NCBI GenBank assembly: GCA_022646745.1
Contig: CP060262.1
Coordinates: 510,001 to 542,000, forward strand
Reading direction: 5' to 3'
Length of the DNA: 32,000 nucleotides
Origin: Planctomycetales bacterium
GTDB taxonomy: Bacteria > 4484-113 > JAFGCY01
The translations under genes and the position numbers were made by a program. Below, piece by piece: positions 1 to 6,957 of this stretch; position 1 is the first letter of the stretch, and each line of letters begins with the position of its first letter. Below the pieces are notes generated by a model that worked only from the letters and a program-made list of their open reading frames with translations, was not told the origin of the DNA and searched no databases.

Positions 1-692
1 AAGTGGACTGCCAATGGCGTGAGGTCAGCAAGGTTCACCTGGCTGTTCTGGTCGTAGTCACCGGGCAGCTGGTAAGGGATCATCAGGGAATAGTTCATTC
101 CCGGCTCATCGGTGCTGACAAGCTCGAAGGACTGCGCCGGCGGCGCTACGCTGACAAGCCTTGCCTGCGGCTGGCTGTTGTCAGCCGGATCAAATGCATG
201 CCTGGCGAAGCTGATCTCAGCCAGCACACCGCTGCCACTGAAGCCAGCCTGCGCCAGCGGGTCCACCAGCACGCGGCCATAGTGCAATTCACCGGGCTGT
301 GCAAGCAGGGGGAGCTCCAGTGCTTCACCGGGCAGGACCGCGGATGCATCAGCGCGTACCGGGCTGAAGCTGCGGGAATCATATTCGAGCGAGAAGTACA
401 TCGCCCGCAACGATTCCACGTTGTCAGCGGTAATGCGCAGGGTGCTGCCCTCCTCCGTATCCGAAAGATCCAGCTGCAGGCCTTCAATCGTGGCATCCCC
501 CAGCCTGCTGCCATCATTGAGGTAAAGGGCGAAGCGGTCCAGCACTGCATCCGGCACGGCAGGCTCGGCGAGCGGCAAATCCTGCTTGCCGGCCCCCGTC
601 AGGCCCATGCTGTCGCGGCCTCCGCCGCAGGATGCAAGCAGCACTGCGCTGCAGATGATGCCGGTGATGATCGGTGTCAGTCTCAGGTTCAT
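1..692 (-). CDS. Lipoprotein with cohesin-like module followed by a dockerin-like segment. The C-terminus runs off the left edge. Not listed in the supplied ORF track.
   Basis: Hand translation of the minus strand from ATG at 692-690 gives MNLRLTPIITGIICSAVLLASCGGGRDS..., a signal peptide with lipobox L-A-S-C, and stays open to position 1. Downstream motifs are LRAMYFSLEYDSRSFSPV...GSGVLAEISFAR (cohesin-like pattern) and PGDYDQNSQVNLADLTPLA (dockerin/EF-hand-like). The listed + ORF 3..713 is the exact mirror frame and has Arg/Ala/Gly-rich antisense-type composition. Confidence 0.55.
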   Translation of the reverse strand, partial: MNLRLTPIITGIICSAVLLASCGGGRDSMGLTGAGKQDLPLAEPAVPDAVLDRFALYLNDGSRLGDATIEGLQLDLSDTEEGSTLRITADNVESLRAMYFSLEYDSRSFSPVRADASAVLPGEALELPLLAQPGELHYGRVLVDPLAQAGFSGSGVLAEISFARHAFDPADNSQPQARLVSVAPPAQSFELVSTDEPGMNYSLMIPYQLPGDYDQNSQVNLADLTPLAVH

Positions 693-953
693 ATGGCCCC
701 TGCCGGTAGTTGATAACAAGAGATTATAAGGTAGTTAAACACTGTCCGCCGGGGCTCCCCAGTGTTCAGTCCGTGTTTCGTGAAACAGAGCACAAAGTGT
801 TATGCCCAGCGTTGTTCAGTGGCCAAGCAGCTTCATCACCAGCCAGTAGATCCCCAGACCGAGGAGCAGCCAGCAGGACGGTCACATATGGCTGAGAAAG
901 TTCTTCATATGCTTAGTGATACCTCGCAGGGCCACATTTCTGGTTGTCCAGCG

Positions 954-1868
954 CTAGTCATCCGCTTCAGCCAGCCGCGCGACGAAGATGTCATAGGTTT
1001 TCTCTTCATCAGGCAGCTCAGTGCCCAGCTTCTTGGAGCTCCAGGCGAGGTTCAGCCTGCCCTGTGCATCCCGGAACGGGAAGGGATGCTTGTCGTTGTA
1101 CTTCCCGTTGGTCAGCTTCAGGCGCTCACCTGAAGGCAGGTGCATCAGCTCAATGTGGCGGATGCGGCTTTCGTTGTCACGGTGGTGGAAGCTGATCACT
1201 TCATCGTCAATGTAGAACGGGTGCTTGTCCTGGTGCCGGTCATCCGTCAGCTGGCGGATCTCGCCGCTTTCGATGCCGATCTCATAAAGGTTGACAACCG
1301 GGGTATCCGCCCCGCCGATGCCCTCATAGACGTGGAACACCAGCCGCTTGCCATCCGGGCTGAACACTGGGTGGCAGTTGTTGCGGCCTGCAGGCCCGTC
1401 CGTCAGCTTGCGCCGTTCACCACTGGCAATGTCCATGATCCACAGCTGGTACGTCTCAGGAGTACCCTCGTCAGAGAAGTAGGCCAGCCGGGATGCATCG
1501 GCATCAAAGCAGGGATGCTTGTAATTGAACTTCTGATCCTCAAGCAGCGCTTCATGCACCAGCTCCTGCAGGATATCGCTTTTCACGATCCGCCATGGTG
1601 AGGCACTGCTGTCCTGCTGGCGCCAGGCGATGTGCCGGCCATCAGGATGCCAGGCGGCCTGGGTGTTGTTGCCGTCGCCGCGGCTCAGGCGGCGGATGAA
1701 GTGCCCATCGATGGAGAGCAGGATCATCGAAATATGGCCGTAGTCACCGCTGTAGCAGGCCAGCATTGTGCCGTCCGGTGAAACGGCGGGATGTTCATGG
1801 TCAGTCAGGCCGCCGGTCAGGCGTTGCGGCTCACCGAGCCTGAGGGTCTTGAAATGCTTGAGATCCAC
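954..1868 (-). CDS. TolB-like / PD40 (WD40-like) beta-propeller repeat protein, no signal peptide
   Basis: 304-aa ORF with repeated PD40-type blades (VSPDGTMLACYSG, WHPDGRHIAWRQ, FDADASRLAYFSD, FSPDGKRLVFHVY). GTG start at 1868 is the first start after an in-frame TAG. AAGGAG overlaps it, so the exact start is uncertain. Confidence 0.75.
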   Translation of the reverse strand: MDLKHFKTLRLGEPQRLTGGLTDHEHPAVSPDGTMLACYSGDYGHISMILLSIDGHFIRRLSRGDGNNTQAAWHPDGRHIAWRQQDSSASPWRIVKSDILQELVHEALLEDQKFNYKHPCFDADASRLAYFSDEGTPETYQLWIMDIASGERRKLTDGPAGRNNCHPVFSPDGKRLVFHVYEGIGGADTPVVNLYEIGIESGEIRQLTDDRHQDKHPFYIDDEVISFHHRDNESRIRHIELMHLPSGERLKLTNGKYNDKHPFPFRDAQGRLNLAWSSKKLGTELPDEEKTYDIFVARLAEADD

Positions 1869-1992
1869 TCCTTGATTCTATCCAAGGAGCAAGGTCAAAT
1901 TTGCATCCACGCCGGACACTGCCAGCCGATTTTCCCGCATAATAGGAGTCAGGCCGGGCCCATTGCCGGCTGAGATAATGGATGTCAGCGCG

Positions 1993-2001
1993 TGGTAGCA
2001 T
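1993..2001 (+). promoter_or_regulatory. Candidate extended -10 element for clpP (TGGTAGCAT)
   Basis: cgTGGTAGCAT lies 22 nt upstream of the clpP ATG and resembles the GTGGTAnnAT(T) elements upstream of nadA and paralogs D/E/F. An alternative is TGaGATAAT at 1971-1979. Confidence 0.3.
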
Positions 2002-2023
2002 ACCGGCGCGGAGGATCACGACA

Positions 2024-2635
2024 ATGGCATATGTACCGGTAGTAATTGAGCAGTCCAACTTCGGCGAGCGCGCCTATGACATCTACAGCCGCCTGCTGAA
2101 GGACCGCATCATCTTCATCGGGGCACCGATCGGCGACCAGCTGGCCAATGCCGTGATCGCTCAGCTGCTCTTCCTGGAGAAGGAGGACAGCACTAAGGAC
2201 ATCGACATCTACATCAACAGCCCGGGCGGCAGCGTGATTGACGGCCTGGCGATCTACGACACGATGCAGCTGATCAAGCCGAACGTGTCCACCATCTGCG
2301 TCGGCCTGGCTGCCTCAATGGGTGCGGTACTGCTGGCCGGCGGGGCCAAGGGCAAGCGCTACAGCCTGCCCAACAGCAAGGTGATGATCCACCAGCCCTG
2401 GGGCGGTTTCCAGGGGCAGGCCTCCGACATCGCGATCCACGCCAGGCAGATGCAGGACACCAAGCGCCGCCTTAACGAGATCCTCGCCAAGCACAGCGGC
2501 CAGGACATCAGCAAGGTTGAGCAGGACACCGACCGCGACCACTTCATGAGCCCGCAGGAAGCCAAGGACTATGGCCTGATTGACATGATTATTGAGTCGG
2601 ATGGCGCCAGTTCTTCACCTTCCGATAAGGCATAA
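2024..2635 (+). CDS. clpP: ATP-dependent Clp protease proteolytic subunit ClpP
   Basis: [33 protein letters not shown]...INSPGGSV...[11 protein letters not shown]...VMIHQPWGG...DRDHFM. ClpP family blocks with the Ser (GLAASMG), His (MIHQP) and Asp (DRD) triad contexts. Start refined from track start 1982 to ATG 2024, which has GGAGGA 8 nt upstream. Confidence 0.95.
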   Translation: MAYVPVVIEQSNFGERAYDIYSRLLKDRIIFIGAPIGDQLANAVIAQLLFLEKEDSTKDIDIYINSPGGSVIDGLAIYDTMQLIKPNVSTICVGLAASMGAVLLAGGAKGKRYSLPNSKVMIHQPWGGFQGQASDIAIHARQMQDTKRRLNEILAKHSGQDISKVEQDTDRDHFMSPQEAKDYGLIDMIIESDGASSSPSDKA

Positions 2636-2830
2636 CCCACAATCCCTTCGACAACTTGTGGATAACTGGTTAGAGTTCCTGATTTACCTTAACGCGCGTA
2701 TAGGCACGCGATTAAATTTGAAATTTAAGTATTGTTAACGTGGATTTGACCATACTGGTTCTGTTAGACTGTTATGGTCTTGACATACGGTTTCGTATGT
2801 TCCTTTGATTTTGGACTGTTGGTAGTTGAA

Positions 2831-3187
2831 ATGAATAATCCGAGGCAGTGTTCCAGCTGCAAAAAGGTACTTCCTCTTGGTGCACAAGGCGACAAGTGTT
2901 CGCTATGTGCCATTGGACTGAGGCCCGCCAGCGAGTCAGGCGTTTCCCGTGAGTCCGGCCGCGACCCCCGCAAGGTACAGAGTCGCGTCCTCTCCGGCAA
3001 GGCCTGCCCGCACTGCGAAGCTGAGCTGACCCTGCTCGATGTGAGCATGGGCAACTGCAGCATCTGCAATGGCTTCTTCAGCAGTGAAGGACTTAGGGAT
3101 TACCACGGAGAACGCGAGGCTGTCCAGGATATGGCGGGTGCCAACAAGCATTCCCGTATCTGGCCGGACGACGCTCCAATCTGGTAA
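2831..3187 (+). CDS. Small double zinc-ribbon protein (four CxxC pairs); hypothetical
   Basis: CSSC...CSLC and CPHC...CSIC motifs are spaced like two zinc ribbons. Start is ambiguous (ATG 2774 or ATG 2831) and neither has a clear SD. AT-rich promoter-like DNA lies upstream (2700-2830). Confidence 0.45.
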   Translation: MNNPRQCSSCKKVLPLGAQGDKCSLCAIGLRPASESGVSRESGRDPRKVQSRVLSGKACPHCEAELTLLDVSMGNCSICNGFFSSEGLRDYHGEREAVQDMAGANKHSRIWPDDAPIW

Positions 3188-3311
3188 GCATGCTGGTCTG
3201 ACAAACTGGTTTTCACTTGTGGCATGACCATTCATGGGTTTGTGTGCAGATGATGTCGCACCCGTGGATTTCGGTTCATTAACTTGCCCTGCCCTGCCAA
3301 TCCTTGAAATG

Positions 3312-3360
3312 AAAAACGGTTCCTCCCAGTACTTATCCGGGGAAGAACCGTTGTTGTTTT
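3312..3360. terminator. Bidirectional rho-independent terminator between the zinc-ribbon ORF and nadA
   Basis: Imperfect GC-rich hairpin AACGGTTCCTCCC (3315-3327) / GGGGAAGAACCGTT (3339-3352). It is flanked by an A-run on the left (a U-tract for the minus-strand nadA transcript) and TGTTGTTTTCTT on the right. Confidence 0.6.
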
Positions 3361-3401
3361 CTTGGTAGGTATCCGGCAGCTGCCCAGTTTGCCGGCAGGG
3401 C

Positions 3402-4451
3402 TTACTTCACCCGCTCGGCGCGGCCGACCTGCAGCATGCGGTCCAGCGAGCGGCGGGCCCCGTTGATCACCTGGCGGTCAAGTTCGATCACCTGGCTGCT
3501 GTCGGGATTCTTCATCGCGGTCAGCACATTACGCAGCTCGATCTTCTTCATGAAGGGGCAGAGCACACAGGTCCCGATGAAGTCGCGGTCCGGGAACTGC
3601 ACTTTCAGCTTGTCCGTCATGCCGCATTCCGTCACCAGCATGAAGGTCTTTGCTTCCTCATGCTCGGCGATGTAGCGCTCCATGCCACTGGTGCTCCCGG
3701 CCATGTCAGCCTGGGCCACCACTTCCGGCACGCATTCGGTGTGCGCCAGCACCTTCGCATCCGGGTACTGGCCGCGGAAGGCCTCAAGCTCAGCTGAGCC
3801 GAAGTTTTCGTGAACAACACAGGTGCCGTTCCAGGCAATGATTTCCTTATCCGTGTGGGGACGCAGGTTCTGCGCCATCAGGGTATCGGGCAGGAAGATC
3901 ACCCGGTCCCCTTCCATGTCATTCACGACGGCGAGGGCATTGGCGCTGGTGCAGCAGGCATCGCATTCGGCCTTGACCTCGGCATAGGTGTTGACATAGC
4001 AGACCACGGGCACGCCGGGGTACTGGCGCTTGAGCTCGCGCACGTCCTCAGCGGTGATGCTGGCGGCCAGCGAGCAGCCGGCGCGGTCATCCGGCAGCAG
4101 TACGGTCTTCTCGGGGGAGAGGATCTTCGCGGTTTCCGCCATGAACTTCACGCCGCAGAAGACCACGACATCGGCATCAGTGGTGGCAGCCACCTGCGAC
4201 AGGCCGAGGCTGTCGCCGACATGGTCGGCGATGCCGTAAATGATGTCCGGCGTCTGGTAACTGTGCGCCAGGATCACTGCATTCATTTCACGCTTGAGCT
4301 TGTTGATCTCCCAGGTCAGCGGAGCGATCAGCGAGCATTCCACCGGCGACCAGCCGATAATACTCAGCTGGCTATGAAGGCGGGCCGCCTCATCCGCGAT
4401 CTGCGTCTCCGTGTAAGGCAAGCTGGTCCACTTTAGTGTCTCTACGGACAT
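3402..4451 (-). CDS. nadA: Quinolinate synthase NadA ([4Fe-4S] enzyme of de novo NAD synthesis)
   Basis: 349 aa with NadA-type blocks: ILAHSYQ, FCGVKFMAETAKIL, AGCSLA, VCYVNTYAEVKA, CCTSANA, FLPD, GTCVVHE, AHTECVPEV, GSTSGM, VTECGM, CVLCPFMK. SD AAAGGTGA lies 5 nt upstream of ATG 4451. Confidence 0.93.
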   Translation of the reverse strand: MSVETLKWTSLPYTETQIADEAARLHSQLSIIGWSPVECSLIAPLTWEINKLKREMNAVILAHSYQTPDIIYGIADHVGDSLGLSQVAATTDADVVVFCGVKFMAETAKILSPEKTVLLPDDRAGCSLAASITAEDVRELKRQYPGVPVVCYVNTYAEVKAECDACCTSANALAVVNDMEGDRVIFLPDTLMAQNLRPHTDKEIIAWNGTCVVHENFGSAELEAFRGQYPDAKVLAHTECVPEVVAQADMAGSTSGMERYIAEHEEAKTFMLVTECGMTDKLKVQFPDRDFIGTCVLCPFMKKIELRNVLTAMKNPDSSQVIELDRQVINGARRSLDRMLQVGRAERVK

Positions 4452-4472
4452 CGAATCACCTTTCTAGCTGTT

Positions 4473-4517
4473 AATTAGTGTATGTTTTACACTAATTCCA
4501 GTTTTATTGTACCACAA
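4473..4517 (-). promoter_or_regulatory. nadA promoter (extended -10 TGgTACAAT) plus a 10-bp perfect inverted-repeat candidate operator
   Basis: The minus strand reads TTGTGGTACAAT (4517-4506). Downstream of it lies AATTAGTGTA (4473-4482) - 5 nt - TACACTAATT (4488-4497), between the -10 and the start codon. Confidence 0.5.
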
Positions 4518-4719
4518 TCCCCTTGGAATTCGTTTATTTCTTCACGAATGAAACATCCCCTCTCCATGCCTCAGCCCCTTGATATCCGCTGAAATTCAGG
4601 TTTACTTTATGTAAGGACTGATACTGCGAATGATGATGGGAACCGGCTGAAACCCCACTCATGGCCCTGTATGGATGCGGGCCGGCGAAGGTCATTCCAT
4701 GTTCTGCAAGGAGTGATTC

Positions 4720-5199
4720 ATGTTTACAGGAAAGGACCCCAGGTCCGTAAATCATTTCAGGGGTTCGCATGCCCAGCTCCATGAGCTGGAGCGCGAACAG
4801 CGCACAACCACCATGCTGATCAGGTATGCACTGGTGCTGACGTGCTTCGTGATCCTGGCTGTGCTGATCAGCGGCCAGGCATATCCGAAGGACCGCGCGA
4901 TGCGGATCCAGGCGAACCGTTTCGAACGGGCGATCCAGCAGTACTACGCAGAGGAAATGGACTACCCGGACCAGCTGGCGGATGTCTCCCAGTACATCCT
5001 GCTTGATGGCCAGTGGCCAAAGGATCCGTATGCCGGCCGCAACATCGTGGAATGTGGCAGCGAGCAGTTCAATGCCGCCTACACCGTGGGGATGCTGCAC
5101 TATGAACGGCTGGATTCCGGCGACAGCACAGGCTACAAGCTACTGGTGTTCGGTCGCAAGGGCGTGCTGGACACACGCTGGGGTGGCCAGACCCGATAG
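4720..5199 (+). CDS. Membrane-anchored protein with GspG/pseudopilin-like ectodomain, lacking a canonical prepilin motif
   Basis: Strong SD (AAGGAG, 6 nt spacing) before ATG 4720. A 31-aa polar N-terminus is followed by the TM helix MLIRYALVLTCFVILAVLISG. The ectodomain pattern AIQQYYAEEMDYPDQLADV...PKDPYAGR...GYKLLVFGRKG resembles T2SS GspG, but there is no G-F-T-L-x-E cleavage/methylation motif. Confidence 0.55.
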   Translation: MFTGKDPRSVNHFRGSHAQLHELEREQRTTTMLIRYALVLTCFVILAVLISGQAYPKDRAMRIQANRFERAIQQYYAEEMDYPDQLADVSQYILLDGQWPKDPYAGRNIVECGSEQFNAAYTVGMLHYERLDSGDSTGYKLLVFGRKGVLDTRWGGQTR

Positions 5200-5239
5200 A
5201 AACAATTCCCTGTCCGCTCGGAGCGGTTCACGCAGAAAC

Positions 5240-5270
5240 AAAAAAAGGCCCCGCCAAAGCGGGGCCTTCT
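5240..5270. terminator. Bidirectional rho-independent terminator between convergent genes
   Basis: AAAAAAA-GGCCCCGC(5247-5254)-CAAA-GCGGGGCC(5259-5266)-TTCT. Perfect 8-bp GC stem with a tetraloop, an A-run upstream and a T-rich tail downstream. It sits between the 4720-5199(+) stop and the 5292-6623(-) stop. Confidence 0.85.
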
Positions 5271-5291
5271 GTTATCTGAATGAGGTCGTTC

Positions 5292-6623
5292 TTAACCCTT
5301 GCCGGGAACGACGTCGGTCTCCTTGTCCTTCTGCGGAGGCTCGTACTTCGTCGGCGGGTTGTTGTTGGCCGGGGTCTCAGGCACGTTCGGCGGAGCCGGA
5401 CGGCTGAAGTCCCAGTCCACCAGCTCACGCTGGCTGCAGTTGCCATCGCAGGTCGGCAGGCCGCAGGGGCAGCAGCTCATGTCCATCGGCAGGTTGCTGG
5501 CGGGCCAGACGTTACCCCAGGCAGTCGGATCCATGCTGGCGAGGATGTTGCGCTTGAGGCGGGCATCCACCTTGGCATGGGCGTACCATGTCGGGTCGGA
5601 GAGCACCAGCGAGATGTCGAAGGCCTCACCGTAGTGGCACATCTCACGCAGGAAGTTGATCTCGCAGTCATTGAAACGCCAGGCAAACTTCCAGCGGTAG
5701 GCGCGGGCCACGTGATCGTAGGTGATGTCCTCGATCACGACCTTGCGCGGGTAGTAGACGTAGTTCTCGTTGAGGTCGAGGCTGAAGCCGTGGTACTTGT
5801 AGTCCTGGCAGTAGAGGGCCTCGTCGCCCTTGCCTACCTTCTTCTCACGGCAGACGTTGCACTCCTTCTCCTTGCAGGTGGCAGTGCACTTGGCGCAACC
5901 ACCATCGCAGTTCTCGTCACCGCAGGCGCGGTAGTGCAGCTCGGGACCACAGACGAACTTGCCACGGCGCTGGTAGTTGTAGAGGAACTCGTGCACGTTG
6001 TTGTCCACGATGCTCTGCGCCTTGGGCAGGCCGAACTCAAGGTAGAACTTGTCCTTGAAGTTGGCCAGGTAACGCTCGAAGTAGCGGTTCGGGCCGAGGT
6101 CAGTGATGTCGTGCTTGTCCTCGTCCACGGAGAACCACACCCAGCTGATGGCCTCGCCGCTCTGCGGGGTGACCTCAGCGTAGTAGTCGATCATCTGCTG
6201 CACCACGTCCGGATCGCAGACGTAGTAAGCATCGATCAGGGTCTGGATGTGATCGCGCACCATGTCACGCGTGAAGAAGAACGCGCTGACGGTGTACTTG
6301 TTGCAATCGTCATGCCAGACAACCCTGCTGTTATCGGGATAGGTCATGCGCTCCCAGTTGAACTCCTTCTGCACACGTCCGGGGACGGGCAGGCGGAAGT
6401 CCTCCAGCGTCAGCGGGCTGAAACCAACCTCATCGACGCCGCGGTGGTGGAACGCATGGAACTGGGGGTCGATAGCAATGTCCTCAGTCTTGCTGTCAAG
6501 ACTGCGGTACATCGGCCCCTCGTAGAGCGGAAGGCCAGTGACCTCGCTCTTTGCGCCGTCGGACGCGAAAGCCGTGCCCAACGCCAGAATAGTCATCATC
6601 AACCCTGTAACTAGAAAGCGCAT
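5292..6623 (-). CDS. Secreted cysteine-rich protein (18 Cys), hypothetical
   Basis: Signal peptide MRFLVTGLMMTILALGTAFA|SDG. SD GAGG lies 7 nt upstream of ATG 6623. Cys cluster CGDENCDGGCAKCTATCKEKECNVC (nt 5850-5924) and second cluster CCPCGLPTCDGNC (nt 5436-5474). Pro-rich C-terminal tail. The + ORF 5280..6614 is its mirror-frame artefact. Confidence 0.85.
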   Translation of the reverse strand: MRFLVTGLMMTILALGTAFASDGAKSEVTGLPLYEGPMYRSLDSKTEDIAIDPQFHAFHHRGVDEVGFSPLTLEDFRLPVPGRVQKEFNWERMTYPDNSRVVWHDDCNKYTVSAFFFTRDMVRDHIQTLIDAYYVCDPDVVQQMIDYYAEVTPQSGEAISWVWFSVDEDKHDITDLGPNRYFERYLANFKDKFYLEFGLPKAQSIVDNNVHEFLYNYQRRGKFVCGPELHYRACGDENCDGGCAKCTATCKEKECNVCREKKVGKGDEALYCQDYKYHGFSLDLNENYVYYPRKVVIEDITYDHVARAYRWKFAWRFNDCEINFLREMCHYGEAFDISLVLSDPTWYAHAKVDARLKRNILASMDPTAWGNVWPASNLPMDMSCCPCGLPTCDGNCSQRELVDWDFSRPAPPNVPETPANNNPPTKYEPPQKDKETDVVPGKG

Positions 6624-6957
6624 ATCATCGCCTCATCTCAGATTTACGCTGCGGACAAGCACCCATATTATCAGCTCGCCCCGTCCAAAGCAAGCGCCCC
6701 CCACCTTTCGGTGGATGCGAACCGGCACAGCGCAAGGCTCCGGTCCGGGCGGATTGCTTCGAGAAAGTATATATTAGTATGTCCGTCCTGAACAGCCCTG
6801 AAATTGGAATTTGAGCGGGATTCTGAAATCCTGGCCCATAATATCTGCTTTTCCACTATACGCAAGTTTATCAAAATCCGGTTAATGGATTGTTGATATC
6901 TTGCTCCGTGTAAATCGGGCGGCTGCCCGGACTGGCACCCATGCACTGGCTGACCAG

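Noticed and set aside
3-713. 236-aa + strand ORF at the left edge
   Set aside because: Arg/Ala/Gly/Gln-rich composition with no motifs. It is the mirror frame of a minus-strand ORF that has a lipoprotein signal peptide and domain-like motifs, so the minus-strand reading is preferred.
713-953. Small ORFs (710-895 +, 762-1133 +) and a 7-bp inverted repeat (AACACTG...CAGTGTT) between the edge lipoprotein gene and the TolB-like gene
   Set aside because: The ORFs overlap the TolB-like gene or have no start context. The hairpin has a large loop and no U-tract. A TATAAT at 728-723 (minus) may be the lipoprotein promoter, but it has no supporting -35.
5280-6614. 444-aa + strand ORF almost exactly co-extensive with the Cys-rich gene. 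Similar long antisense ORFs: 7763-8737, 9726-11027, 13134-14615, 16895-17827.
   Set aside because: Val/Ala/Leu/Gly/Arg-dominated products typical of the stop-poor antisense frame of GC3-rich genes. They have no start context, signal or motif. The opposite strand carries coherent proteins with SDs, signal peptides and terminators.
6697-6714. C6 homopolymer and CCACC-TTTC-GGTGG hairpin in the leader of the Cys-rich gene, as a possible phase-variation tract or riboswitch
   Set aside because: Six residues is too short for efficient slipped-strand variation. A single 5-bp hairpin is not enough to call a structured regulatory RNA.
6671-6946. 91-aa minus ORF in the 334-bp AT-richer spacer between the 591-aa gene and the Cys-rich gene
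   Set aside because: It has no SD and odd composition, and it overlaps promoter-like AT-rich DNA. It is more likely the promoter/5'-UTR region of the 5292-6623 gene.
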